Source: Candidatus Aenigmatarchaeota archaeon (GTDB lineage: Archaea > Aenigmatarchaeota > Aenigmatarchaeia > GW2011-AR5). Taken from it: DNA of 64,000 bases. The stretch is taken from NCBI GenBank assembly GCA_016198685.1, contig JACQID010000004.1:96001-160000 (forward strand), in the 5' to 3' direction. Under the pieces are notes generated by a model. The model searched no databases. It was given only the letters and a program-made list of their open reading frames with translations, and had not been told where the DNA came from. This document shows positions 1 to 10,157 of the stretch, one piece after another (position 1 is the first letter of the stretch; every line of letters starts with the position of its first letter). A program made the position numbers and the translations under genes.

Positions 1-1
1 G

Positions 2-589
2 AAGGAGGGCAAGTCTGTTTCTATTCAGGCGATGTTAGCGGTCAACCAAGTTTTTAGTGACGCATCTAAGGGAACGAAATCATCTGAAGATGACATGAAG
101 CTCTTCAAGAGCGATGTTTTCTCTGCGGCAGAAGAAATAATCAAGAAGGGCGATGTACAGCTCACCGCAGAATTCCGAAGGAAGAAAGCAGAAGATAAGA
201 GGCGCCAGATAGCATCTATTATAAGCAAGAACGCGATCAATCCGCAAACCAAGCTGCCGCATCCGCAGGAGAGGATCGAGAATGCGATGGAAAAAGCAAG
301 GGTCAACATAGACCCGTTTCTTTCTGCAGACCAGCAGATTCCGGCAATACTTGCAGCTCTTCGGCCGATACTTCCCATAAGCATAGAGCAGGCCGAGATA
401 GAAGTCAAGATATCGGCAAAATATGCCTCGCGTGTATTTGGAGCGCTGAAGAGCCTGGGCGAAATTTCAGGCCAAACATGGGGTTCTGACGGCTCTCTGG
501 TTGCAAAGATAAAAGTTCCTGCCGGTTTGAAGCAGACGATTTATAGTAAAATTAACGCCCTCACCGAGGGAAGTGCAATAATAAAGTGA
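2..589 (+). CDS. Ribosome maturation factor SBDS/Sdo1 (5' end outside window)
   Basis: Frame open from base 2; motifs INPQTKLPHPQERIENAMEKARVNIDPF and LRPILPISIE; canonical position upstream of rrp4-rrp41-rrp42. Confidence 0.93.
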   Translation, partial: KEGKSVSIQAMLAVNQVFSDASKGTKSSEDDMKLFKSDVFSAAEEIIKKGDVQLTAEFRRKKAEDKRRQIASIISKNAINPQTKLPHPQERIENAMEKARVNIDPFLSADQQIPAILAALRPILPISIEQAEIEVKISAKYASRVFGALKSLGEISGQTWGSDGSLVAKIKVPAGLKQTIYSKINALTEGSAIIK

Positions 590-612
590 TTCTGAAACGA
601 GGTGTTTTGAAA

Positions 613-1350
613 ATGAATGAAGAGGATTTCGGAAGAAAACTCGTAATACCGGGAGATGAGATAGGCTCCGGCAAAGCAGGCCACAATGCCTATGAAGAGG
701 ACGGAAAGGTCCTTTCTAAGGTAGTTGGTCTTGCCGAAAGGCGTAATGGAATGGCGTTTGTCATACCATTAAGCGGAATATACAGCCCAAAGAGGGGCGA
801 TGGAGTCGTTGGCAAGGTACAGGAAGTGTCGTTCTCAAAGTGGATAGTCGACGTAAACTCGCCTTACGATGCAGTGCTTCCTCTGAATGAGGCCGTCGAT
901 GAATTCGTTGATTTCACCAAGACTGATCTCACAAAATATTTCAATTATGGAGACATGGTCTTTGCTGAAATTTCTTCGGTTTCGAAGACCAAGAATGTCC
1001 AGCTTTCTATGCGTGACAGAAAATGCAGAAAGCTGCGTGAAGGCAGGATAATAAAAGTAGTGCCCGCAAAAGTGCCAAGAATAATAGGCAAGAGCGGAAG
1101 CATGGTAGAGATGATAAAAAGCATGACAGGAACGCAGATAGTCGTAGGCCAGAACGGCGTAGTCTGGATAAAGGGCGAGAACGAAGTCGTGGCCGCAGAA
1201 GCGATTCTGACTGTAGAGAAAATGGCCCAGAAACAGGGGCTCACGGATTACATAAAGGACATCCTTGAGAAAAAAATGGGCAAGCCTTACGAGGCCCAGC
1301 CCAAAAGGAGCGAAGAATTCGCAGAAGAAGAATTCAAGGAAGGTGAATAA
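613..1350 (+). CDS. rrp4: Exosome RNA-binding cap subunit Rrp4
   Basis: LVIPGDEIG, S1 domain (PKRGDGVVGKV...W.VD.NSPY), KH motif KVPRIIGKSGSM, IVVGQNGVVW; GAGGTG SD before ATG 613. Confidence 0.95.
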   Translation: MNEEDFGRKLVIPGDEIGSGKAGHNAYEEDGKVLSKVVGLAERRNGMAFVIPLSGIYSPKRGDGVVGKVQEVSFSKWIVDVNSPYDAVLPLNEAVDEFVDFTKTDLTKYFNYGDMVFAEISSVSKTKNVQLSMRDRKCRKLREGRIIKVVPAKVPRIIGKSGSMVEMIKSMTGTQIVVGQNGVVWIKGENEVVAAEAILTVEKMAQKQGLTDYIKDILEKKMGKPYEAQPKRSEEFAEEEFKEGE

Positions 1351-1351
1351 T

Positions 1352-2077
1352 ATGGGCGGAAATACAACTGACAAGGATTTGATGAAGAACGGCATCCGTC
1401 TTGACGGACGGAGAGCTGACGAACTCAGACCTATCGAAGCTAAAGTAGGAGTGCTCAAGAACGCCGACGGATCTGCAATGTTCAAGATAGGAAATACATG
1501 CGCCATAGCAGGCGTTTACGGGCCGCGTGTCGTGCACCCGAAGCATGAAGAAGAGGCCGAGCGTGCTGTGCTAAGAACAAGATACAACATGGCAGCGTTC
1601 GCAACAAAGGAGCGCAGCAGGCCGGGACCCAGCAGGAGGAGCGTGGAGATATCCATGGTGACAAGGCAGGCGCTTTCGTCTGTTCTCTTCCTTGAAGAGT
1701 TTCCCAAGACGGCCATAGACGTTTTTATAGAAGTTACAGAGGCGGACGCATCAACAAGATGCGCAGGCATAAATGCAGCGTCCCTGGCTTTGGCTGATGC
1801 AGGCATACCCATGAGGGATCTTGTGGCATCCTGTTCTGCAGGAAAAATTCAGGGCCACACGGTCCTGGACATAGCAGGCGAAGAAGATACTGCAGGGGAA
1901 CTTGACCTTCCTGTGGCGTACTATACGAAGAAGAGTCAAATAACTCTGCTTCAGATGGATGGCCTTACAAACAAGGAAGAATTCAAGAAAATTGTGGACC
2001 TTGCCGTGAAAGGCTGCAAGGAAATCTACAAGAAGCAGCAGGAAGCCCTGCGTGAAAAATATTCTGAAGGTGAATAA
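1352..2077 (+). CDS. rrp41: Exosome catalytic subunit Rrp41 (RNase PH)
   Basis: RLDGRRADELRP, ADGSA, GVYGPR, RPGPSRRSVEIS, DASTRCAGINAASLALADAGIPM; ATG 1352 follows GGTGA SD. Confidence 0.96.
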   Translation: MGGNTTDKDLMKNGIRLDGRRADELRPIEAKVGVLKNADGSAMFKIGNTCAIAGVYGPRVVHPKHEEEAERAVLRTRYNMAAFATKERSRPGPSRRSVEISMVTRQALSSVLFLEEFPKTAIDVFIEVTEADASTRCAGINAASLALADAGIPMRDLVASCSAGKIQGHTVLDIAGEEDTAGELDLPVAYYTKKSQITLLQMDGLTNKEEFKKIVDLAVKGCKEIYKKQQEALREKYSEGE

Positions 2078-2079
2078 AA

Positions 2080-2874
2080 GTGATAGGACTTGATATGGCA
2101 TTGGTAAGAAGAGTCGTTGCAGGCGGAGAAAGACTGGACCAGAGAAAATTCGATGAAATGCGGGAAATCAAAATCGAAACAGGCATAATCTCGTCTGCCG
2201 AAGGCTCAGCTCGCGTTACAATAGGAGAGACCGAAGTTATTGCAGGCGTAAAGATGGCTGTTGGAGAGCCGTTCCCGGATACTGCCGATGAGGGAGTGCT
2301 GATAGTATCGGGGGAGTTCATACCATTCGCAGACCCGCTCTTCGAGCCGGGTCCTCCAAGAGAGGATGCGATAGAGCTTTCCCGTCTTGTTGATAGGGCA
2401 ATACGCGAATCTAAGGCCGTTGACATGAAGAAGCTTTGCATAACGGCCGGCGAGAAGGTTTGGATGATAAACATAGACATAGACATCATAAACAACGGGG
2501 GCAATATGGTCGACGCATCATCGATCGCAGCGGCTGCAGCGCTTGTTACGGCGCGCTTGCCCGAAATCGACGAAAAAGGCAAGGTGCTATATGGAAAGCT
2601 AACTGGCACGAAACTGCCGTTGAGCGGCATACCTATATCGACGACATTTGTGAAGATAGGCGAATCAATAATGATAGACCCGTCTCTTCCTGAATATCAG
2701 GCGTTGGACGCACGTCTTACTATCGGCACTGTAGACAAGAACGGCATAAAATTGTGCTCGATGCAGAAGAACGGCGTTGCAGGATTAAGTATTGATGAAG
2801 TAGAGCGCATGATATCGGTTGCCGAAGAAAAGGGCGAAGAGGTTAGGCAGCTCGTGCGCGACGCCGCAAAATAA
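2080..2874 (+). CDS. rrp42: Exosome subunit Rrp42
   Basis: RLDQRKFDEMREI, AEGSARVTIGETEVIAGVK, FEPGPPREDAIELSRLVDRAIRES, GGNMVDA. Confidence 0.95.
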   Translation: MIGLDMALVRRVVAGGERLDQRKFDEMREIKIETGIISSAEGSARVTIGETEVIAGVKMAVGEPFPDTADEGVLIVSGEFIPFADPLFEPGPPREDAIELSRLVDRAIRESKAVDMKKLCITAGEKVWMINIDIDIINNGGNMVDASSIAAAAALVTARLPEIDEKGKVLYGKLTGTKLPLSGIPISTTFVKIGESIMIDPSLPEYQALDARLTIGTVDKNGIKLCSMQKNGVAGLSIDEVERMISVAEEKGEEVRQLVRDAAK

Positions 2875-2920
2875 ATTCTTCTTTTTTATCTTCTTTATTC
2901 CTGTAACTTTATGATAAGGA

Positions 2921-4048
2921 TTACTTTCTCTTCTTTTTCATCCAGTCTTCAGCGAGTTTTATTCTTCTCCCTGCCGCAGGGTGGCTATACATCAGCAGTT
3001 CGGCCCATCTCGGAGGCTCATGGTCATGAAGGGCGTTGTCTGCAAGGCGCTTCTCCGTCGATATCTGCGCAACAGGCTTGCGTATGTGATTGAGCGCAAA
3101 CAGGTCCGCGTCTGTTTCCATTCTTCTTGAAAAGAAGCTTGAGAACGGCATGAGCACAAAATTTATGAGCGTGTATGTAAGCATAAACAAAGGCAGTGAT
3201 GCTATGCTATAGGGGTCGAATCCCAGAACAGGGGCAAATATCTTCAGGATAATATCAGTTAGATACAGGACAGGGAATATCGCAATTGCTTCAAGCAGAA
3301 ATCCCTTTAGAATGTCGTGATTGAGGTAATGACCAACCTCATGGCCTATAACGGTATCTATTTCATCTTTCGTGAAATTGTTCATGAGGGTGTCAAACAA
3401 GACTATTCTTTTGGTATTTCCAAATCCCGTGAACAACGCATTTGCCTTCACAGAACGCTGGCTTTCATTTGCAATCAGTACACTATTTATTCCCTTCGCC
3501 CCTAAATTCCTGCAGATTTTGAGAATCTTATTTTTGTATTTCTTGTCTTTTAGGGGTTGCAGCTTGTAGAACAGCGGAAGAATGAATATTGGCGATAGAT
3601 ACTCAAGAACCGCAACCATGGCAATATATATCATGCCTGCCCAGAGCCACCAGAGCTCGTAAGATGACATGAGATAATAAACCCCCGTTATGGCGACAAG
3701 CGAAAAGGCATACGATAGGAATGATGATTTGGCATAATCCTTGGCCCAGCCGCCTAGAGTTTGTGTCGATAGGCTGTGCTTGTGCTCATATACAAACGAT
3801 GAATAGAATCTCAAAGGCAGATGCACTAAGGATAATATAATCAGAAAAAATATGGTATAGAGGGGTACGGCCAGCCACCCTTCAGGCATGATTGACGCTA
3901 GATAATTGCTCCCTCCGAAATACAGGAAAGCCGTCAAAAAAACGACAGGAACGGCAAAACCGTTGATAAGACCGTTCATTATCTTTGTCATTGTATAAAT
4001 TTTGGCGGTTCTGCGCTTCTTCGGATCGAATGAATATGGGTACTTCAT
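2921..4048 (-). CDS. M48 family membrane zinc metalloprotease (Ste24-like)
   Basis: Multiple TM segments, NALFTGFGNTKRIVLFDTL, HEVGH (HExxH), E-x-D-A-D and SHP motifs. Confidence 0.9.
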   Translation of the reverse strand: MKYPYSFDPKKRRTAKIYTMTKIMNGLINGFAVPVVFLTAFLYFGGSNYLASIMPEGWLAVPLYTIFFLIILSLVHLPLRFYSSFVYEHKHSLSTQTLGGWAKDYAKSSFLSYAFSLVAITGVYYLMSSYELWWLWAGMIYIAMVAVLEYLSPIFILPLFYKLQPLKDKKYKNKILKICRNLGAKGINSVLIANESQRSVKANALFTGFGNTKRIVLFDTLMNNFTKDEIDTVIGHEVGHYLNHDILKGFLLEAIAIFPVLYLTDIILKIFAPVLGFDPYSIASLPLFMLTYTLINFVLMPFSSFFSRRMETDADLFALNHIRKPVAQISTEKRLADNALHDHEPPRWAELLMYSHPAAGRRIKLAEDWMKKKRK

Positions 4049-4058
4049 GCTCTCTTCC

Positions 4059-4736
4059 TCAAATATAATTTTCGAAATGTATTCGCTTCCGCTCGAACCC
4101 TATTTCTTCGAGAAGTTGCCTTACCTCTGTGACCATTTGCATTAGCCCGCATATATAGGCCTCTCCGTTTTTTTTGGCGTATTTTTTAACCGTGTCCTGT
4201 ACATGTCCTTTTTCGCCTTGCCATTCTTCCCGGCTTAAGACAGGAATGAAGCTCAACTTTATGGAGCCCGAAATTTTATTCATCTCGTCCTCATAAAGTA
4301 TCTCATTGCGTGTTCTTGCGCCAAAGATTACTGTAACGTGTCCTGCATAATGCCTTTTGACCATCTCAGGAAGCATGCTCATGAAAGGCGCTATGCCTGT
4401 TCCTGTGGCTATGAACATTATATCCTTGCCGGGTTCGTTGAGTGTAAATATTCCGAATGGCTGCGATATTTCCAGCTTTTGGCCCGGCCTCATGTTGCAG
4501 AGGAAATTGGACATGAAGCCGTTTTCCACACGTTTGATGCATAAGCGCAATTCCGGCTCATCCGGATGCGATGCCAGAGAATATGCCCTTTTGACTTTTT
4601 CTCCGTCCTTCTCAGCGAATACGTATATCCACTGGCCGGGCTTGAAAGGGATTTTTTCGTCTGGCACAAGAGAAATTATCTTGACGGTAGGCGAGGCGTT
4701 CTTTATTTCACGTACAGTTGCGAAACTTGTTTTCAT
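4059..4736 (-). CDS. FAD/NAD(P)-binding oxidoreductase (ferredoxin-NADP reductase-like)
   Basis: FKPGQW, RAYSLAS, GFMSNFL, ATGTGIAPF, YICG; start set at MKTSF behind a GGGGGA SD. Confidence 0.9.
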   Translation of the reverse strand: MKTSFATVREIKNASPTVKIISLVPDEKIPFKPGQWIYVFAEKDGEKVKRAYSLASHPDEPELRLCIKRVENGFMSNFLCNMRPGQKLEISQPFGIFTLNEPGKDIMFIATGTGIAPFMSMLPEMVKRHYAGHVTVIFGARTRNEILYEDEMNKISGSIKLSFIPVLSREEWQGEKGHVQDTVKKYAKKNGEAYICGLMQMVTEVRQLLEEIGFERKRIHFENYI

Positions 4737-5101
4737 ATTATCCCCCACATAACTATGCCGAAGAGCGGCCATTGGCTTATTATCGTCGTTCAGATTATTG
4801 TCAAATCCATTACAAATAGTTTTCTCATTGACAACACTACTTTGACTGAGAATTACTATGTGTAAAGAACATTATTTATGTTCCGAAATTATTGTTCTCT
4901 GCCAAAGTTCAAAAAGAAACCCAAAATGGCTTTACGCACAAATCAACTATTAATAAATGAAAGAATACCATATGTACTGAAGGACATAGATAATCGGATC
5001 TTTAATGATGCCCCTCGCATGTCCAAAGGCGTTATTTGCGCGAAAAATAATGCATTTGAGTATAAAAAGGTGGTTCTACGGAGATAGATAACGTTAACCA
5101 G

Positions 5102-5782
5102 ATGGGTTATGATCAGGCCATAGTCGTCTTCTCGCCAGAAGGCAGAATGTATCAGGTCGAATACGCAAGAAAAGCCGTTGAGAGGTCCCCGACTCTTGTA
5201 GGCGTTGTATTTCAGAACGGAATCGTCATGGCTGCTACAAAAAGCCTAAGAAAGCTCATAGTGCCGGAAAGCATAGAAAAAATTTCCAAAGTTGACAGCC
5301 ACATAATAGCGGCTTCGTGCGGCATACTTTCCGATTCCAGAGTCCTTGTAGATTATGCCCGTGTCCGCAGTCAGGTGAACATGATAACATATGACCAGCC
5401 TATAGAAGTCACGACTCTGGTCAAGGATATTTCAGACAGGCTCCAGAAGTTCACGCAGGTAGGCGGCATGCGGCCATTTGGTGTTTCTCTGCTCATAGCA
5501 GGTCACGAGGACGGGTTTTATCATCTATTTGAGACAGATCCTTCCGGAGCCTTCAGAGAATGGAGAGCTCAGGCCATAGGTCGAGGCAGCAAGAAGGCCA
5601 AAAAATATCTTGTCGCCAATTACAAGAAGAAGATGACCAGGGAACAGGCTCTCACGCTTGCACTCAAATCTCTCAAGGAAGCCGAAGAAGAGCTTTCTCA
5701 GGAAACCGTGGAAATAGGTGTAATTGAGGATGGCAAGATATCCATAAACACGCCTGAACTTCTCGCTTCAATAAGGAAATGA
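5102..5782 (+). CDS. psmA: 20S proteasome alpha subunit (short N-terminus, probable paralogue)
   Basis: GYDQAIVVFSPEGRMYQVEYARKAV, GGMRPFGVSLLIAG, ETDPSGA, AQAIG. Confidence 0.9.
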   Translation: MGYDQAIVVFSPEGRMYQVEYARKAVERSPTLVGVVFQNGIVMAATKSLRKLIVPESIEKISKVDSHIIAASCGILSDSRVLVDYARVRSQVNMITYDQPIEVTTLVKDISDRLQKFTQVGGMRPFGVSLLIAGHEDGFYHLFETDPSGAFREWRAQAIGRGSKKAKKYLVANYKKKMTREQALTLALKSLKEAEEELSQETVEIGVIEDGKISINTPELLASIRK

Positions 5783-5823
5783 AAGGATAACGTTTATTTT
5801 TTTGGCATGCTCATCAAGGGGCT

Positions 5824-5930
5824 GGCTACGGCGCATGTCACGAAATGTAATATGACATTTTTGTCCCTGGGAGCATACCGCACAGGGAAGAAGAGGCTAC
5901 GGCGCATGTCACGAAATGTAATATGACATT
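5824..5930. repeat. Two exact 36-bp direct repeats separated by 35 bp
   Basis: GGCTACGGCGCATGTCACGAAATGTAATATGACATT at 5824-5859 and 5895-5930; each contains the inverted repeat ATGTCA-N12-TGACAT. Confidence 0.95.
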
Positions 5931-6017
5931 ACCCTTATGTTCATGAAATTCGGTTTGAATTAAGTGGTCAACAAATCTTGAAACCATTTGTTAGAATATA
6001 CGGGAATATTTATACGC

Positions 6018-7217
6018 TTATTCATATCTCAATGCTTCAACCGGATTAAGCTTCGCGGCCTTGTATGCAGGATAAGTCCCGGATATTATTCCTATGGCAG
6101 CTGCAAAGAAAATTGCAAACATCATCAAGCCATAATCGGCATATACTGCCACCGTTATTCCTATGATGCTTTGCGCGGTTCCGGCTATTATGATCGTGAT
6201 GCCAAAGCCAATGACTACCCCCATTATCCCGCCCATCATGCCTACTATGGAGGACTCGATGAGAAATAACAATATGATATCCTTGTTTTGCGCTCCCACG
6301 GCTTTCAGCGTTCCTATTTCTTTCGTACGTTCCATGACACTCATAAGCATCGTGTTCATTATTCCAAAGGCGGCAACAATCAGCGATATGGCGGCTATGC
6401 CTCCAAGTACGACAGACATAACAGAAAAGACAGAATTGATTCTTTCTATGAGCTGATCTGAAGTAAGCGCTATGAATAGATCCTCGCCGTGGTTGTCCTC
6501 AAGAATTTTTTCTATATCCTCTGCGGCTTCCTTAGGCTCTCCATTGACTTTGGCTACCATAGCAGTGATCTCGTCTTTTTTGTCAAGCAGATCACGCATG
6601 GCTTCTATTGTCATGGTTATGGATGTATCATATTGCTGATTTCCTGTTTGCCCGAACATCCCTACCACTCTATAATCGCTGTCCAGTAGCTCTAATTTGC
6701 TTCTTACCCGCACCTCTTCACTAAAGACGTCGTTTTTAAGCAGATTTCCTGTGACGATGCCGGTTTTCTCGGCATCTTCAAGAAAACGGCCTTCTTCCAT
6801 ATCGTATATCTGAACGTCCGAGAAGAATACAGCCGCATCTTTGGCAGGTATGCCTCTTACCAAGAGGCTCCTTGTTTCTCCTTTATATGTTACAGGCAAA
6901 GATGCGACAAGCGCCGGAACTACCTTATCCACGCTCTTCAGGTTTTCTATTTCGTCAAGATCGCTGTCGGTAAGAGTGGCAGCCGTTCCTGACGGCGGGC
7001 CCAATCCTCCGCTCCCTGCGCTGCTCTGTACTATGAAAACCTTGTCAGAGCCGAGCTGTTCGAGCTGATCAGAAACGGCAAGAGTCAGGGAATTGCCGAT
7101 TGTTATCAATGCGACTACAGCGGCAATTCCTATGGCAATGCCTGTGACCGTAAGAAGGCTTCTTGCTTTCCTGTGAGAAACATTTTTCAGCGCTATTGAA
7201 ACAAGATTTGATATCAT
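6018..7217 (-). CDS. ABC transporter permease, MacB/FtsX family
   Basis: RSLLTVTGIAIGIAAVVAL, periplasmic-type core, NTMLMSVMERTKEIGTLKAVGA, YPAYKAAKLNPVEALRYE. Confidence 0.93.
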   Translation of the reverse strand: MISNLVSIALKNVSHRKARSLLTVTGIAIGIAAVVALITIGNSLTLAVSDQLEQLGSDKVFIVQSSAGSGGLGPPSGTAATLTDSDLDEIENLKSVDKVVPALVASLPVTYKGETRSLLVRGIPAKDAAVFFSDVQIYDMEEGRFLEDAEKTGIVTGNLLKNDVFSEEVRVRSKLELLDSDYRVVGMFGQTGNQQYDTSITMTIEAMRDLLDKKDEITAMVAKVNGEPKEAAEDIEKILEDNHGEDLFIALTSDQLIERINSVFSVMSVVLGGIAAISLIVAAFGIMNTMLMSVMERTKEIGTLKAVGAQNKDIILLFLIESSIVGMMGGIMGVVIGFGITIIIAGTAQSIIGITVAVYADYGLMMFAIFFAAAIGIISGTYPAYKAAKLNPVEALRYE

Positions 7218-8071
7218 TTCTTTCGCCTTCTGAGCGGAAGGACGACGAATTTGATAAGCGTGCCGGCTATTGTCAGGTACATGGCGTATAGAAACAGGGA
7301 CGATCCGCCATCTCCGGCAGGCTTCAGTTCATCGGCCGAAACCACCTTCATATAAACCGTATCGTTGGCGGCATGGACGTTATCGTCCTTGTCCTTGTAT
7401 TCGAAAATTATGTTTACCGGATATGTCCCCGGCGCAACATTTCCTAGTTCTATATCAAAATCGACTGAATCGAAATCGTCCGGCTCGAGATTGCCGATAT
7501 ATATTTTGTCTCTCGTTATCTTCCCCGCAGGCGTTTCCGCCCGGGCTATCACATAATACGCAGTGCCTGATGCCGCATTCGCAACGTCTATGCTAAGGCT
7601 TGTTTTTGAGCCCGGGGATGCAATAGGATCCGTTTCCACAAAAAGCGCGCGAAGATCGGATTGATTCTTCTGTTTTTCGACCGTAATGTTAAACTTTTTC
7701 ACAAAAACGCCGCCCCCGTTTATGGAATAGCGGAAATCCATGTTTGCAAGACCGTCAGGAGCGTCTTCATCTACAATGAAGCGGTATTCAAGCAGAACAT
7801 CGTTTCCCGCACGTATTGAGCTATAGCTCTTGTTTTCTTCGTTGATAAGCCTGAGCGGATATTCAGGCTTAAGCGTGAATTCTACATTTTCCGCGACATT
7901 GCCGCCTATGTTTTGGGCGGTTATCCATAGGGTAAGGAATTTGCCGCTTTCGGCAGGATAAGGATCATACTTGGCTAAATCAGTCTTAAGCAGCGGGCCT
8001 GTGACGGTTATACTAACTGCTGCCGAGAGCCCGGCCAGAAGCAAAAATAATATCGCGGCGATGTTTTTCAT
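7214..8071 (-). CDS. Secreted/membrane-anchored COG1361-like (S-layer domain) protein
   Basis: Signal peptide, YDPYPAESG Ig-like repeats, C-terminal TM plus RRRKK; lies between ABC ATPase and permease. Confidence 0.7.
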   Translation of the reverse strand: MKNIAAILFLLLAGLSAAVSITVTGPLLKTDLAKYDPYPAESGKFLTLWITAQNIGGNVAENVEFTLKPEYPLRLINEENKSYSSIRAGNDVLLEYRFIVDEDAPDGLANMDFRYSINGGGVFVKKFNITVEKQKNQSDLRALFVETDPIASPGSKTSLSIDVANAASGTAYYVIARAETPAGKITRDKIYIGNLEPDDFDSVDFDIELGNVAPGTYPVNIIFEYKDKDDNVHAANDTVYMKVVSADELKPAGDGGSSLFLYAMYLTIAGTLIKFVVLPLRRRKK

Positions 8072-8727
8072 TTTACAATCTTCCCGTCTTTTATCCTTAT
8101 TATTCTGTCCGCGAACTTGGCAATGTGCATATCATGGGTAACAATAATAACAGTCTTACCTTGTTTATTTAGGGATTTAAAAATATCCATTATCTTTTTG
8201 CCGTTGACGCTATCCAAATTCCCTGTCGGTTCGTCCGCAACTATTATTTTTGGATCATTGATTAGAGCCCTTGCTATGGCAACGCGCTGCCTTTCTCCTC
8301 CGCTAAGCTGCGAGGGCATGTGATCAATTCTCTCCCCAAGTCCCACGCTTTTCACGAGGTGTTTCGCCTGATCGTTGCGCTCTGCGCCGACAAAATAAGA
8401 TGGTATCACAACGTTTTCCATGACGCTGAGCCTCGGTATCAGGTTAAACGTTTGGAATACGAAGCCTATCGTGTCGCCGCGCAGGGCTGCAAGCTCGTTG
8501 TCGTTCATGTTATGAACGTCCCTGCCCAGTATTCTTACAGAACCCGATGTCGGCCTGTCCAGGGCGCCCACAATATGAAGCAGCGTGCTCTTGCCGGAGC
8601 CGGAGCTTCCCATTATAGAAACGAATTCGCCTTCGTTGATACTCAGAGAAACATCATCAAGCGCCTTAACTTCGGTTTCACCGAGCGTATATTTTTTCAC
8701 AACGTTTCGCAGTTCTACGGCGTGCAC
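8068..8727 (-). CDS. ABC transporter ATP-binding protein (LolD/MacB-like)
   Basis: [37 protein letters not shown]. Confidence 0.96.
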   Translation of the reverse strand: MHAVELRNVVKKYTLGETEVKALDDVSLSINEGEFVSIMGSSGSGKSTLLHIVGALDRPTSGSVRILGRDVHNMNDNELAALRGDTIGFVFQTFNLIPRLSVMENVVIPSYFVGAERNDQAKHLVKSVGLGERIDHMPSQLSGGERQRVAIARALINDPKIIVADEPTGNLDSVNGKKIMDIFKSLNKQGKTVIIVTHDMHIAKFADRIIRIKDGKIVK

Positions 8728-8770
8728 GGGATCACCAACATATTTAAAGACTATTTCTTAAATAAGCGTC

Positions 8771-9025
8771 ATGAAAGTTACTGTTCTAGAAGAAGAGAAG
8801 GAAAAACTTAAGATTGAATTGGATGACCTGACTTTTGCTAATTTGCTTAACGAAAATCTCTGGAAACAGAAAGTTGACTTTGCCGCATGCAATCTCAGCC
8901 ACCCTTACCTCGCTAATCCTGTAATTACGGTCAAAGCAAAGAACCCCAAGAAAGCCGTTTTGGATGCCGCTGAACAGGCGCTTACAGACGCAAAGGAACT
9001 GAGAAAGCAGCTATCTAGAGGATAA
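8771..9025 (+). CDS. rpoL: RNA polymerase subunit L (Rpo11)
   Basis: DDLTFANLLNENL...VDFAACNLSHPYLANPVITV.AKNPKKAVLDA. Confidence 0.85.
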   Translation: MKVTVLEEEKEKLKIELDDLTFANLLNENLWKQKVDFAACNLSHPYLANPVITVKAKNPKKAVLDAAEQALTDAKELRKQLSRG

Positions 9026-9049
9026 GCTCGGCAAGTCTTTTGCAAATTC

Positions 9050-9724
9050 TTACATCATTGCGACCCCAAGAGCCGCGCCTATCAAATATCCTATGCCCGC
9101 AGCTACCATTCCAATGATCGTCATCTCAACGCCGCTCTTTATCCAGTTGCCTATTGTTATCTTTGCCTTTATCGCGCCTGCCATAAATAATGTAAATGCG
9201 GAAATCACTACTGAGGCTATTGTTGCCTGAATTATTGGCAGGGCGATGAAAGGAATGAGAGGTATTAGGGAGCCTATGAACGCGGCGACTCCAACTATCC
9301 ATGCACTTTTTACCGGGTCATCATAATCGCGGACTGATGCATTATTTTCATGCAATATAGTTTCATATGCCATCTTTTTGTGCGATGAGACCTTTTTTGT
9401 CATTTCGTCAAGAAGCCTGCCGCGGAAACCTTTTCTGTAATAGAACTTCCTTACCATATCTTCCAGCCTGTGCGTGGACTCCATGTGGTTCCTTATTCTT
9501 TCCAATTCGCTTTTATGATAATCAACGGCGGCTTTTGATGAGGTGTAAGCTACTGCAGCCATAGAAACGGATTCGGCAAAGGTCGCAGCCAAGCCGGCTA
9601 TTATTACAATGCGCGAATCATTTGTTGCCGTGGCAACGCCAAGTATTATTCCAAGAACATTGACAAGGCCGTCCTGCCCTCCCAATATTGAGTCTCGGAG
9701 GGCTGTCCGGATGTCAAGCTTCAT
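9050..9724 (-). CDS. VIT1/CCC1 family metal transporter
   Basis: LRDSILGGQDGLV, AGLAATFAESVSMAAVAY, GSLIPLIPF. Confidence 0.92.
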   Translation of the reverse strand: MKLDIRTALRDSILGGQDGLVNVLGIILGVATATNDSRIVIIAGLAATFAESVSMAAVAYTSSKAAVDYHKSELERIRNHMESTHRLEDMVRKFYYRKGFRGRLLDEMTKKVSSHKKMAYETILHENNASVRDYDDPVKSAWIVGVAAFIGSLIPLIPFIALPIIQATIASVVISAFTLFMAGAIKAKITIGNWIKSGVEMTIIGMVAAGIGYLIGAALGVAMM

Positions 9725-9759
9725 TATAGTTATTAGACCACGTGGTTAATAAAGAGGGA

Positions 9760-10110
9760 TCACTTCTGTTCGCGCCATACTTTCATGCATTTGGTGCAGC
9801 GGAAAAATTGTGTCGGCGGCTCGTCATCGCCCTTAGTCTGCTGCATCCACCAATAGGCTTTCTTGTTGCCGCACTTTTCGCAATTGGCATTCGTTATAGG
9901 CATTGAAGAGACATCTTTTTCTATGACTATGACCTTGTTTTCTGATTTCCCTTTTTCAGTTATTTTTACGGCTTTGACGGGTTTCTTGGCTACGGCTCCG
10001 CATGAGCGGCATTTCAACTGTGTAGATGTCTTGCCTTTATCGGGCAGCATTATGGAACCGCACTTGCTGCAGAATTCGATTGGACCTTTGCTCATGGACT
10101 TTTCCGCCAT
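9760..10110 (-). CDS. tfs: Transcription factor S (TFS/RpoM family), paralogue 1
   Basis: FCSKCG...CRSCG N-terminal ribbon; CEKCG...QTKGDDEPPTQFFRCTKC C-terminal ribbon. Confidence 0.88.
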   Translation of the reverse strand: MAEKSMSKGPIEFCSKCGSIMLPDKGKTSTQLKCRSCGAVAKKPVKAVKITEKGKSENKVIVIEKDVSSMPITNANCEKCGNKKAYWWMQQTKGDDEPPTQFFRCTKCMKVWREQK

Positions 10111-10157
10111 CCATTTCCGTTGGGGAAGTATCTTTATATATTTTCTGTGGGATTAGA

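Noticed and set aside
1330-2077. Rrp4 and Rrp41 both end in EGE, suggesting RimK glutamylation targets
   Set aside because: The ending is explained by the overlapping GAAGGTGA Shine-Dalgarno sequence of the next gene.
4773-5101. ORF 4878-5087 and other short frames in this AT-rich gap
   Set aside because: No SD, no motif and an atypical composition; more likely a divergent promoter region.
5805-5850. Hammerhead-like TTGATGAG / CGAAA words
   Set aside because: The two core motifs lie on opposite strands, and the required three-stem junction cannot be built.
5824-5930. CRISPR array call
   Set aside because: Only two repeats, no degenerate third copy at the expected spacing, a self-complementary spacer and no cas genes in the window. 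Kept as a repeat and a finding instead.
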